Source of the DNA: Rhodosorus marinus CCMP1338 | Taxonomy: Eukaryota; Plantae; Rhodophyta | NCBI GenBank assembly: GCA_029953675.1 | Contig: JAMWBK010000009.1 | Coordinates: 558,001-622,000 of the forward strand | DNA length: 64,000 nucleotides | Direction: 5' to 3' | Part shown: piece after piece, positions 23,501-35,643 of the stretch | Position numbering within the stretch: the first letter of the stretch is position 1 | Layout of the letters: the number at the start of each line of letters is the position of its first letter | Position numbers and translations under genes: made by a program | Notes under the pieces: generated by a model | The model's input: only the letters and a program-made list of their open reading frames with translations | Told to the model about the DNA's origin: nothing | Databases searched by the model: none

Positions 23501-24600
23501 CACTGCGGCGAAACCAGGGCGAGCTGCAACCCCTGGCCATACCGCAAAACCGCGCCATACCACAAAACCGCGCCATACCGCAAAACCGCGCGATCGACTA
23601 GACCATGGATTTTATGACCGGATTTCCCAATGTCGCGGGACATGATGCTCATCTGGTTGTGGTTGACCGACTCACGAAGTTCGCCGTATTCATTCCAACG
23701 ACGCAGACCGTGACCGCAGAAGAGGTGACAACGCTTACTGTGAAATCTATTGTAGAATTGTTCGGACTACCCCCGAGCTTCGTAACAGATCGTGACAAGG
23801 TCTTCACAGCGACCTTCGGGCGACACCCTCTACGATTGATGGGGGTTCAACAGCTGCTCTCTACCGCGTACCACCCCGCAACGGATGGACAGACGGAACG
23901 GGTGAATCAGACCCTACAAATGATGCTCAGATGCTGTTGTAACAGTCAAACATGGATGCAGCGTCTACCCCTTCTTCAGCTGGCCTACAACAACCAGACT
24001 TCGGCCATTACGGTATTCACCGTATTTTCTGTTAACCGGAGGGCATCCGCGTTTGAACTCGCCAGTCAAACGTCTCAACCCCAACCCCGACGATTAGCAA
24101 TCTTCCCGACTGCTTTCGTGAAAGGACAACAGCAAATTCTTGCAGACGCCCGCAAGTCCATAGCCCTGGCGCAGGAGTTATATACTGACCACGCGAATTC
24201 ACAGCGTCACACGAAGGTGTTCAACGTTGGTGGCAAGGTCTATTTGTCCGCGCGCAACCTGCCTTTGGAACCCCCTTATTCGGTGTCAACCTAGCTGGTT
24301 AGGCCCCTTTCCAATTATCGAAAAACATTTGGACGTCGAGTACACGCTACAGTTACCTGATGAAATCCGGTTACACCCGACATTTCATGTTTCCTTACTG
24401 AAGAGCGCACCGCCTTGGACAACTGAAACCCGACATATTCCCGTCCGAACCAATCTACATCCGACGCAACCTGTGTTATCGGTATTGAGCGTGCGTACTG
24501 ACGATGCAGGCACCCGCCAGTTTCTATGCTACCGCGAAAATGAATCGTGGACTGATGCTATTTGGCTCCCTGAATACGACCATCGGATACGCTGTCTCCA
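20548..24600 (+). pseudogene. gag-pol pseudogene of the gypsy element
   Basis: Domain order gag-PR-RT-RH-INT-chromo spread over several frames, with internal stops. Confidence 0.9.
23536..23589 (+). repeat. 18-bp tandem repeat x3 in the integrase region
   Basis: GCCATACC(G/A)CAAAACCGC x3. Confidence 0.9.
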
Positions 24601-24712
24601 CAGCGCCTCCCGCACTACCTCAACTACCAAAAAATGCTCGATGCTCTTCCTTCAACTTCTTGAGTTTATGCCCAAACTCTGGCCAAGCTCTGCCCAAACT
24701 CTGCAGGAGGAA

Positions 24713-24930
24713 TGTGAGAACCTCCCCTGACAGCAGTGTAATCCGTCTATGTTTTAGTGTCATGCACCTATTTTTAGGGTAAGACGTCAATGTTTTAGAA
24801 TCCACTAGTTTCTACTTTACTGTCAGGTATGTTTTAGTTTACAGCAACCAAGACTATATAAGGCCTAGCTTTGCTAGATCTTGAGACCTAGAATTGAGTA
24901 AAGGACAAGTTGGTTCGAAGAGTTCCAACA
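24713..24930 (+). repeat. gypsy 3' LTR
   Basis: TGTGAGAAC...GTTCCAACA; direct repeat of 20181-20429 without the 30-nt insert. Confidence 0.9.
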
Positions 24931-25402
24931 GGGGGATGTGGACGGCGCCAGCCTGTCCCCTAAAAACTTTGAGGGAAACAGACCTCGAACGACACCCAGC
25001 GACGGACTATAATTACCTCGCTTGATGCCAATCTGGGCAAAAAACCCAGAGGTCACCGACGTGCAAGGGTGGGGACAGTGTGGACACTTTTCCGATAGCT
25101 TGAGTGCACTTGCTCCGTGTGCTCATGCATAGTCACCAATACCAATCGTATCTACGGAAATAGTTGGCTCAGGTATCATAGTCACGACTCTATCCGAGTA
25201 ATGCACGAGCTAAATACCTCTGCATTCCTATCAGGGTCCAGTCCGGGCCTCCTTTCTGACCATGGTGAAGCTGAAAGGTATATCTGGGCAGTGGGCACCG
25301 CAGGCTTACGGCTCTGCTGCGGGTTTTACTGTGAAACTAGCAACCCCGTATGGGTGTCCCAGCACTGCTGCTGTGGGTTAACGTTTAAAATTTTACCATA
25401 GT

Positions 25403-26404
25403 TCATAGTTTAGATAGAGGAATGATGCTGTTGGCTGTGCATGCGCTCATTCTCACGGGAATTACTTGAGCAGGTGATGGCGTTGTAACCTGATGCTTGT
25501 GGGCACCGTTTCGCTGAGTCTGACCGGCCTTCCGCCGCTTCCCAAGAGCCAGTTTAAGGAAACCTTTGACGACGTGTACGGAAACTGCAGAGGCGGGGCC
25601 ATGGAAACCCGGCCGGTTGCTCGGAATAATACCGAGAAGTTCGCCTTTCAAGTTGAGGAGGATTCCCCCCACGCTTCCGCTTTCATCGACAATACTCGTT
25701 TCCAGCATGTCTCTGTTGTGGCGCAATGATCGGAGGGTTGAACGACCACGGCCAACGGATTGCAAAATCCCGCTGCGGAAGGTTTTTTGCCTTTCGAGAT
25801 GGTTTCCAATACAGAAGACCGGCTGCCCCTCACGAATCTCGGAGCTTCGCGCTTTTGGTAAAGGGCGTGCTTTAGCAAAGGAGCTGCTCATTTCAATACA
25901 AAGGAGACTTCTGTGAGCGAACTAGACTTTCCGGCTTGCCCTGTCCAAACGTTGCAAGTCCTCACCTGTGCGAGAATAGCGATTCAGGATTGACAGGCCT
26001 TAACACCGCAAGATCGCAAGACTCATCGGCAGCAATGGGATAATACTCGATTCCATTTGCCCTTGGCGTACTGCTGTCATTCAGGAAGACTGAAAACTCG
26101 CTCGCGTTGACAAGCGTCCTGTAGTTAGCCAGAACAGTGCCCTCCGAGTCCCACAGAAAACCAGTTGCACACGGCCGAGGTTCACTATTCTTCTTTCGCC
26201 TCGCAATACCAACTATTGATCTCGACGCAGAGAGGAACACCCTAGCCGCGTCAATCTCCGCTGTGGAAATCGCCGCTAGCTGGAATTATCGAACAAGAAC
26301 CAACACAGAAAACAAAACCTCATCAGCTCAGAGTCATTCAACCAAATCTTCAGTCGAAAAACAAAAATCATAGTTGACACACTCACCGAGTCTTCCCTTG
26401 CCAT
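25403..26404 (-). CDS. HtrA/Deg-family protease-domain protein, catalytic residues apparently substituted
   Basis: ATGFLWDSEGTVLANYR, CDLAVL, GQPVFCIGN, SGILQS and ETSIVDESGSVGGILLNLKGELLGI. Introns 26280-26386 and 25911-25965 keep frame. 5' and 3' ends uncertain. Confidence 0.75.
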
Positions 26405-28475
26405 ATCACCTCTTGAGCTCTAAAAGCAAATACACCTCACACGCTACCCACAGCCGCCTGCAAAGGCAAAAAAAAACCAAAAAAATTCCTTAACCCCAGA
26501 CAGGGGCTCATGATATCCTAGTCCAACCTTTCTCTAACCACTCTAGCTACCTCCCACTATAACCAAACCCTCCCCCTCTCTCTCTTTACTTATGCGAACC
26601 AACCGCCATATCCCCCCCCCCCCAAAAAAAAACTCTCAAAACGCCACCATTTTCCATTTGCATCACCCAAAAAAATCTCTCAAAAAACCTCTAAAAATCA
26701 CGATATTCCTAGCACATATCCGCCTCCCTCAATATATCTCCAATTGCCTCCAACTGGCAAAATGATTGCCTTACTCATGCAGATGTCTCTTATCTAATCA
26801 TTCACTAAAAATATACAAATTTATTAAAGTTACTATACATATATAACTGAAATTGATGTGTTTAAGTGTCATGTTGAGATCGTGAAATGTCGTCTTCGGG
26901 ATGTGATCTTCATAAATTATTTGGAAATTCTAGTTTCGTTTTTGGACTGGTGTGCGAGGTGAGCGATTGACATGTCGTGTTTGGGCACGTTCGGAAGCTG
27001 CTACGGTTAACGTATAGGGGGTTAGCCGTGCAGGATTGCGTGTTAAGCATACCCCAAGCGTGTAAATTAATGTTCCGCGTTGAAATCTAAGAGGGTTCGA
27101 CACGTCCGGACCAACAGGATCGAGCTAAAGACCAGATTCTGGCTACGGTTACAGTGGAGTGTTTAAGAACTCAAATGTGCCTTAGAGATGCCTTGATCAT
27201 GTGCACGTGTGTCTCAACCTGAAATACAAGGAGATCGATTCGTCATCAGCTAGCAATAAATCGAGAATCGGGCTCTTCTCACTATGGATCTATTTGCCAC
27301 CTGACGTTTATGCATAGGTAGAGTTGGGCGGCCTCTACTTTGGCTGAAGACGGTCTTTTCCAAGTGCACCTAATCTTTCCTCGCATTCAAAAACTTAGCA
27401 GTAGATATTTTTGCATCAAAATATCTCGGGACAGGGCAATACCCATGAAAAAAACGCCTCTGATGGTGCAGGAGTTGAAACGCGGGTGACACAGATACTC
27501 TCAAAGTTGAGGTAAGTAACACCACTTTGAAGCATTGGGGTACAATCATGGAGAAACTCATGAGTTGAATAAGAACCGCTGCAGTTGCCTTAGACTACTC
27601 CCGTCCAAAGATCCAGCAGCATCGATCAAGCCGTGGCCATCTTGAAGAAGGAGAATCAATACGCTCGGCCTATTCAATTCACGAGAGAAGAAACGATAGG
27701 AGCCTGAACCCTTATGAAAGTTTGCCAACAAATAGATCCAAGCAACAAAATGCTTAAGAATTCAGTCTAGCGGACGGCTCCAGTTCGCGCTTTGGTCAGC
27801 CGAGAACAACGCGCACACAACGAGCGTGACAAGATGTATTGGATGGTTGCGGGCGCCACAATTGCCTACGCCGCAAGAGCAAACGTCCATGGACTGGATC
27901 CGTAACAACACACGGTTTGCTCGGTCAACCTTCCGAGTTCCACCAACCACACTTACCAGACCCATAAACCGCAGTTTCATCGTTTCTTTTCGCTGTCGCA
28001 GGGGGCTAGAAGGGACAACAACTCCAAGTAGGGTCCATGTTGGCTTGCCTCCGAAGGTGACTCGTTTCTGAACTGAATCAGTTCGTGCTCATGGTTGCCC
28101 TTGTCCCTGTCCCCGGACAGACTTGACAGTCCTTGTGCTCACCCCGCCTAGTTGTCCCATTCTTTTCGCGGCTGCACTGATATGTCGGGTAAAGGGTAGG
28201 TCGCCAGTGTTCTCAGTTGAGAGCGCATGGTGCTCAAGAGCACGCGTTGCTCCTTGACACTCTCAAGCTAGCGTTTAAAGAAGCAACCCCTCTCAGCAAG
28301 TGGTCTGCTGGTCAACGGGTTGTCGCGTAGAGCTTTCGCCAATTGCCCTCATTTTTTGGCGGGAAAGTGGTGGGACACTATTAAAGGTTCAGTTTGAAGT
28401 TGCGAATCGGGAAGTGGGAGTATTCGGGCTGCACGCGAATGAGAACTGTTTGGAGATATTAAGGATTGAGGACAG

Positions 28476-29239
28476 ATGGAAGCGGAGCTGAGACTGCCTG
28501 CGGCAGTAATCAGGCGTGTGATCAATGAACGGCTTGAGAAGCATGGCTTAAATCCGAAGGTCCAAAGTGCCGGGCAGAAGGCTGTTATGTTGGCGGCGAC
28601 CGTATTCCTGAATTACATATCCGGCATGTAAGAGGAGCTTGGACAGATTAACTATCTTTTGTTGCCTATATGGGATCGTCTCATGCATTTTTTGCGTTGT
28701 CGACGTGTTCGTTTGAACAAAGGGCCAACGAGGTTGCTAAAGACCATAAGAGGGTTGTGGTCAATACGACAGATGTGGTGACAGCATTGAAAGAAACCGA
28801 TTTCGATGATATCGCGGAGCTTCTCGAGGCTGACGGTGAGTCCGCTCTACGAGCTGGGTGTGAGTATTGTATCCGACTGACCCTTGCGTTTCGCTCTTTC
28901 CTAGTGATCCCTCAGTTGGCCGTAGCCGCAAAGCAAAAGAAAGGAAAAGGGGGTGCGACTGAGTCCTCGAGAGAAGATGAAGAGGAACAGGAAACGGAAG
29001 AAACGGAGGCGATGGATGTCGTTGGCGAAACAGAAATCTGCGAGCCAAGGTCGAGAGGAAATGCCGACGAACAGCAGGATCGAACTGCAATGGTACTTGA
29101 TGGGAAGGAGGCTTTTGAAGAATCATCCGCAATGCACTCCGTCGTCGCTCCAGATCCGCTTCCAACCAACCCCAAGACAAAGCCTACCTCAAATCATGCG
29201 CCAGGTGAATTCGACGAAATTGTACCAGTGTTTGATTAA
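28476..29239 (+). CDS. POLE3: Histone-fold protein DPB4/POLE3/CHRAC17 (NF-YB-like) with acidic tail
   Basis: LRLPAAVIRRVI...AATVFLNYI|ANEVAKDHKRVVVNTTDVVTALKETDF. Intron 28628-28722; second intron from 28836. Confidence 0.8.
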
Positions 29240-30629
29240 CCAGTTGATTGACGCCATGCTGTGAATAGCCATTAGAAACCAAGCCGTTCAGCTTAAAAAA
29301 AACCTGAATTCGTCTCAGAATTTGCTTTCGCGTTTGCTCACGAGGCAGAAACGAGTTGTACTCGGACTCCACTTACATCCGGACTGGCAAAGGGTTCGGA
29401 CACAATGTTTGGGAAGTCCCACCCAGTGCTTTCTCTTCGACTGCTCCCGCTAGCTTCTCAAGTAGCGTCAGTTGCGTTCGGATTGGATTGGAAGCAGGGG
29501 AAACCGGGGCGAGCGGGCAGCGTGCGAGGCAGACTGATGGGAGTACTATCGTTTCAGCAGAGACGAAAGCATTAAAAAGCAAAAGCTCCGGGGGTTCTGA
29601 GATCAAGACAAGTGCATTCATCAGAGACTAGCTACTCTGACAGCACCAAACTACCGAGGACGCATGTTACGCTCTTCAAACAACAATGCAGCGTTCGTTC
29701 GCCCTAGTACGAAGCTCAGAGCCTCGTACAGACAAGAAAGTGCAGCCGAGCGCTCACGGAAGCAGTCGCTGAGCCAAGTACCTCCCAAACCATCAAGAAA
29801 CCCGAACGGGCTCAATCACAAGCGGGACTAGACGAGGCGTGGCGGTAGATCCTGGGAGCCACCTCACTGACCTGACCAGAAGTCCGCAATCAGTAACTAC
29901 CAGCACCCCGTCCAAATTGCTTGAAAATCTATAGTTCAGATAAAGTGGTCATGTTTTCGACTGCTAAAACAACCCCTTAGTACACATGATATTCAATAAA
30001 CGAAACAAATTATGCGCTTCTTCAATTGAATAGTTCGGAAAACAATCTGTCCGATAAGCACCTATAAAGAGACAAGTGTTTTCAAATATTTTAAACCTAT
30101 TTAGATTACATTTCTTCGTTTATTCCACATTATATGTACACGTTTTTATCGGACATTTTATGACATCACAACTAAACGTTCCAGCCAATCAACGAGATTC
30201 AAATATTGACTGATATATTGTTTTTTTCTTCTTCAGATTAAATCTCGTTTGAGCGGGGAATTTGCCTTCTATTCCCTTTGGCTTAAATATTTTGCGATAT
30301 TCACAACAAACACGATATCTTCGCATCTTACATATCAGTCATTATCAATTTTTATTTTAAAAGCATTTTATATTTTATCAGTCGTTTTAGAAGGTACTGT
30401 GGAGTTTTTGTATTTTTCTAGATGGAATAGTTTTTCTCAGTTGGTTGCGTTTTTAGCACATACTGTTTGCGGTTTGGGGGGAGGAGAAGACGGCGAAGCA
30501 GTTCCAACCTTTTTAAGGATCGTGACAGGAGCGCTGAGCTACCAACGGGTTGACTAAAGAGGAATCTACATTTGAGAGCTCTTGTGCTTTTTTGGAATTT
30601 GTTTTTGGTTTTGTTTTTGCTTCGGTGAA

Positions 30630-31001
30630 ATGGCGGGGAGTGCCGTCGAGGTTTGGGTGAAGAGTGCTACTGGATTGATAGGGCCGGACCTCTTGGATGT
30701 ACCTGATCCATATTGTAGGGTTTACTTGGATGACAATCAGATAATGAAGACCAAGCATAAGAAGAACGACAAGTCACCTGTGTGGGATGAGAAGACTGGG
30801 GTAACCTTGACTGGTGCGCACCATAGAGTCAGGTTTGAGGTCATGGATAAGGACACGCTATCGAGAGATGATTTTGTCGGAGAGGCTGTGTTGGAGATGG
30901 CAGAACTTGTGAATTCGGGGACCGTGGAGAGATCCTTACCTCTGATTAGGAAGGAAAAACAGGTTGGCATAATATTCATCTCCGTCAAGTACCTAAAGTA
31001 A
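30630..31001 (+). CDS. Stand-alone C2-domain (Ca2+/lipid-binding) protein, 123 aa
   Basis: DLLDVPDPYC, KTK..KND.SPVWDE and FEVMDKDTLSRDDFVGE, with the Ca-ligand Asp residues present. Confidence 0.9.
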   Translation: MAGSAVEVWVKSATGLIGPDLLDVPDPYCRVYLDDNQIMKTKHKKNDKSPVWDEKTGVTLTGAHHRVRFEVMDKDTLSRDDFVGEAVLEMAELVNSGTVERSLPLIRKEKQVGIIFISVKYLK

Positions 31002-31335
31002 CGAGATTGGAGCACGGCAAGAATCCCGGACCTTTGTCAACCTGACGTGGGTCGTTGAAACACCACTAGTGGGTTTACGAAGACTTTTTCCCGTCAATGG
31101 GTAGAATTCAATTACCCTTCCATGTGAACCTCTCGAATCTTCTGGTATTAATCCGATCATTTCCAGAACCGGAGCTTCTGGAGGGTCCAGGATCAAAGCG
31201 ACATTAAAACAACTCGGCGGTATTTACATGAATAATCTTGCTCCACGATAGCCGGAACTCAAAAAGTTCTGCTTAAATTCAATCCAATACTAAAGGGATT
31301 GCCAACCAGCAAGGGAACATCCAAGGATCCGCAAA

Positions 31336-32597
31336 TCATTTTGCCTTTTCCTCTGTTGACTTCTTCCCCGGTGCCCTGAGGAGTTTGATGATGCCTTTCA
31401 CAATGAGCGCAAACCAGTAGACGTTCAGCGCGTAGAGTACAACGTAGAAAACTGAAGCAAACGACCCAAGGAAGAAAGCCTCTGCCTGCGAAGGAATGCC
31501 ATCCACGAGGCCCTTCTGAGCGTAAATATAGGACTGTAAGATAAATGATTCAGTGTTAGCGGTGCTAGTCTCAACAGATAGCCAAACCTCCCATTCTTGT
31601 CGAAGATTACCAGGAAAACGGGCATAAACACAATCCTTCCCAAGAAGAACACTATGGTCATCAAGATTCCGCATACTTTGTACACGGGCTCATGCTTGTG
31701 CTGGAGGCAGTTCAGGTAGAATACGATTTGGTTAGGACTTCTTGGTTGAACTCGAAATCGTACGTTTCATCATATGCCAATCTACCTTGAAATACAAGAA
31801 CCATCTCCAGTTCACGAGCGGAGTTGAAATTTCCGTGAGAAAGCTCCCTCCGGCCCAAATCATTGGCATGGCGTATCCCATATTCTGGAGCGCGGGAGAG
31901 CCCAATTGAAGCGGCATTTGTCAGCAAAGAAAAGCTCAAACGGGGCTTCGATAGTTCAATACTTCCTTACTAATGCAGTGCTTGTTACAATTGTACAGAC
32001 TAGATGGTGAAACAGCGTACTTGGCCCCGCCGTGATCGATCTGATGTGGAGCAGAACCAAGATAACATCATAGAGAAAGTAGCCCATCGCGAGAACAAGG
32101 CCACCGCGACTTTCATACAAAAGCACCGAGTATAATTCAGTACGTCCGTCCGGAAATTTTAGCAAGCGCGGTTCGATCTGGGCTTCAAAAAAAAAACCTT
32201 ACCACAACCAAAGGCGCTCGTACTCCCCTCCAGCATAAGCGGAAGTCTCAGGAAAAATCGCCAAGAACATTGCAGCAAACACAACTACAGCGTGAGCAGT
32301 GGATACACATCTGCGTGGCAAGAACCCCAAAAAGAACAGAAGGAAATAACTCAGTCAGAAGCAGGACCCAGCTAAACCAGCTCCCCAACCATGACACCCC
32401 GCGACGCACCTAGACAGCCACTCAACCCTCTGCGCAGAGTTCAGATGCTTCCCATACGTTGACGACGCAAGCAACGATCCGAAATGAAACGGAACCAACA
32501 AAGATGCCCATCCCACAGCAGCTATCCCGTACGCCTGGTAGCTCGGCCGCAGCTCCGAAAGATATCGCAGCGCATCCCCCACTCTGCCCAACGCCAT
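31336..32597 (-). CDS. TLC (TRAM/LAG1/CLN8) domain membrane protein, multi-exon
   Basis: EWLSRCVA..H, MGYFLYD, LFHH, TEISTPLVNWRW, FFLGRI and LNVYWFALIVK in consecutive exons. Confidence 0.88.
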
Positions 32598-35390
32598 CTT
32601 TCCCCCCCCCCCCAAAAAAAAACCCAAAAATTACAACTAGTCAAACTCAAAACCCAACACAAAATACACACCCCATCCCCCTCAACCCTCACCCCACCCT
32701 TCCACGACTAAATCCTTAACAGCATTACAATCCTCCTCCTCCCCCTTTCATACTTCATCCAGAGAAAAAACCTCACCGCCTACAACACATGCCACCCCCC
32801 CCCCCCCCCTCCCCGCCCGTTTGTAAAAAAAAAAAGCTGTTCAGGCCCACAAAACCCTACCAACTTACATCATCCCCTCGAAAAAGCCTTTGTTTGCCAC
32901 ACACCGCCTTAAAAACAACAGCAAAACCAGACTCACCAATTCAATCCAAATAATCAATCCATTTGGGGCTATTGATTGATTTGAATTTTCGTAGTAAAAA
33001 TTTACATCCTATCGATTGAGCTAATTTTTTTGAAGGGGGTGTGGGGGAATATCCTTTAAAGGTTTTTTGCAATATATATGTTTTATGACAGCCTGTCCGT
33101 AGGGATACGTATGCGTTTCTTTTTGTATAGTATTGGTTTGTTTCCTCATGGACCTCTGAAGCCCAAGCTTGCTCGTGATGCGGGGCGGGTGCCAAGAGCC
33201 CTTGTAGAACCCCGGCCGACAACTAACACTGGGAGGGCGCTGGACATTTGGGCGAGTGGAATACTCTACAATAGTCGCTCAGCAGAGATGTCTGATAGCG
33301 CCAAAACACAGGGTGTTGCGATGAAGTGGATAAACAAGATTATCCTCTGGTGGTGACTTTACGCCCTTCCTAGAGTACCTCATTCGGGGACCTTAGCCTC
33401 CCGTTAAACCGATTGATTGTGGCGGCCTGCAACAACACAGCAACAGCAGCAAATCAAGTTATCAGAGCCTATCTACCCTGAGGAGCGGAAAGGGAGACGC
33501 TGTGATGCCCGTCCAACAACAAAGCAGTGTTCGAACGCCAGAGAGTCAGAGACAACAGACCGCGTTCCTTCGTCAACTATGAGTAGAAAGTTTTCTCCTT
33601 CGGCGAAGAGCACGCCCAGCTGAACCCTATGGCCTGCAGCAATCATACATCCTCTGTGGGGAAGATCTACTTCTCATCGGCAAATCTGTCATCTCAGTAC
33701 GTATATTGAAATTTCTTGGACTTTCTTAGAGACTCGGGTGGGAAGGACAGAGGCTGGTGTGTTACGAGGTTTCTGTTTTGTTTTTTGTGTGGTGAGAGTT
33801 GTACGGATACGGTGGGAGTTCGAGATAGGGTGAAGGATAGAGGAAAACGCTTCGAGCTGATTTTCAAAAAGGGGGGGGGGGCGGCTGGGTTTTTGAGGAT
33901 CGAACCCCACCCAACAGTTGTCGGTGGTCTTTTGAGCTTGTATTGACAGGGAGCAGGAGGCATCCGGAGGGAGGAAGGGCGGCTGGAGTCTGAGTTTGCC
34001 CGTGGGAAGTTGGGGAGCCACTTCCCCAATGTCCCTGAAGGCGTTTAGAACGCTTCTGACTGCCCCGCGTGAATACCTGCCCTAGAAACCACGCGGGCGT
34101 GCACATCACAAGGTTGGAGTTGGATCCCAGCGCGCTTGCCTCATGAATTAAAATCGATCGACATCGGACAGACTCGGACTGATGGCAATCCCCCGATCGA
34201 CAAGCTTGCCCCCCGAACATCTCATCTATGATCCTCGAAAACGCCTTATCGATTAGCGCATCATAGGATGTTTTATATGTAGCTTCAGAATCTGACCGAC
34301 AGTAGCCTATGCACGAAACTGCTGATACAGAGCTGTACGCCAGAGCCCTCGTCAATAGAACGCCTTCCCGAAATGCCAGTTCAATGTAATATAGCTAATA
34401 ATGTCACAATGAACATAAAATCTGGTAAATTTGTACTTCACCTTTCAAATCCAGTGTTAGATCAAAGTTATTGCCCGATCTGTATCTGGTGGATCGCTGA
34501 ATCCAAATACTCCCCCGGCTCACCCCCCTTTGCTTTTCTAACGCTTCCCACAAGATTCAACAAAAAACAAAAAAGAGGATATTCTAAACAACAAAAGTTA
34601 ATTCCAGTCCAATTTGTCCCACAATTGTATACAAAGTCCATATACAATTTCCCCCCCGTTTGTCGCATACACAAAAGCTCAAAAGCACGAAACTCCCGAT
34701 GGCCATAAAGCTAGTAAAAAACGTTTTCAATAGCTCTGGATGAGTTATCATTCGCCAATTTTCCTGGCCAGCAAAAACCCCGGGAGATTAAGAACTAATC
34801 CCAATGTGTGAGCGCCCTCCAGATCTAATCCAAAAAATCTACCAAATCTACATCTCCTGACCTCACAAGACATAGCATAGAAAATAATCCAATATTAATT
34901 GATCTCCAACCCCCCAAAATACACTATAAATATAGACCACTATATTTAATTCTATTCCATACTAAATATTATATATTGTAAATAATATGCAATGTAAATA
35001 TAATAATTTTATCATTTCATCTATCTCGGTTTGCTCTAAATCTAGAAAGACTTTTTTAAATCCCGCAAAATTGCCTAAACCTATTGGTTTTTTGGTGGTC
35101 AAAAAAAGAAGAGAAAAGGCGTTTTTCTCTTTGCGGGTGGATCCATTTTTGTTTTGTTTTTTGGGCTTTTTTTGAAGAGTCAGGAATTACGAAAATCCTT
35201 TGAAAAAAGCGGGAAAGTTCTGCTTTTTTTAGTTCGATGTGGGACGCTGTTGTGGGGATGGATGGAGTTGAAAACCCTCAAAATGACTCTTTTTAAAGCA
35301 GTAGGTTTTGAGGAGAAAGAGATCGCGCGCGCGCATGCCCAACCAAAAATGAAAACGCGCAAAGGGGAGGGACTTTGCGCTGGGACGTTT

Positions 35391-35439
35391 TATCTATCTA
35401 TCTATCTATATAGATATATATATATATATATATATATAT
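35391..35439. repeat. (TATC)/(TA)n microsatellite upstream of ftsZ
   Basis: TATCTATCTATATCTATATAGATATATA... Confidence 0.9.
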
Positions 35440-35643
35440 TCGGTCTCTTTGTATGAGGGGCAGTTTGGGAAGGAGGGAGAAGCTTTGGGAAGGAAGGTGG
35501 GAAGGTTAAGGGGAGTTGGTGGGTGGGGTGGGGTTGGGGGGCAGGGGGGGGGGGAGGTAGATGAAAGGTTTGTATATATATACGTATCTATAACTCAGCA
35601 AAAGGTGTGTGTAATTTGTATTGTGTGAGGGCTTTGTTGAGGT

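Larger units (their letters stand above)
20181..24930 (+). mobile_element. Decayed Ty3/gypsy LTR retrotransposon (chromovirus-like)
   Basis: LTRs 20181-20429 and 24713-24930; PBS TGGTCTCATCGCC; PPT GCAGGAGGAA; flanks GGGGT/GGGGG. Gag, protease LIDTGA, RT (MPFGLKNAP, YVDD), RNase H (YSTYEKELHAIV), integrase (MDF..., DGQTERVNQ, WLGPF) and chromo-like tail; many frameshifts and stops. Confidence 0.96.

Noticed and set aside
28217-28267. Nested short inverted repeats (TTGAGAG/CTCTCAA, GTGCTC/GAGCAC)
   Set aside because: Arms of 6-7 bp are within chance expectation for 64 kb
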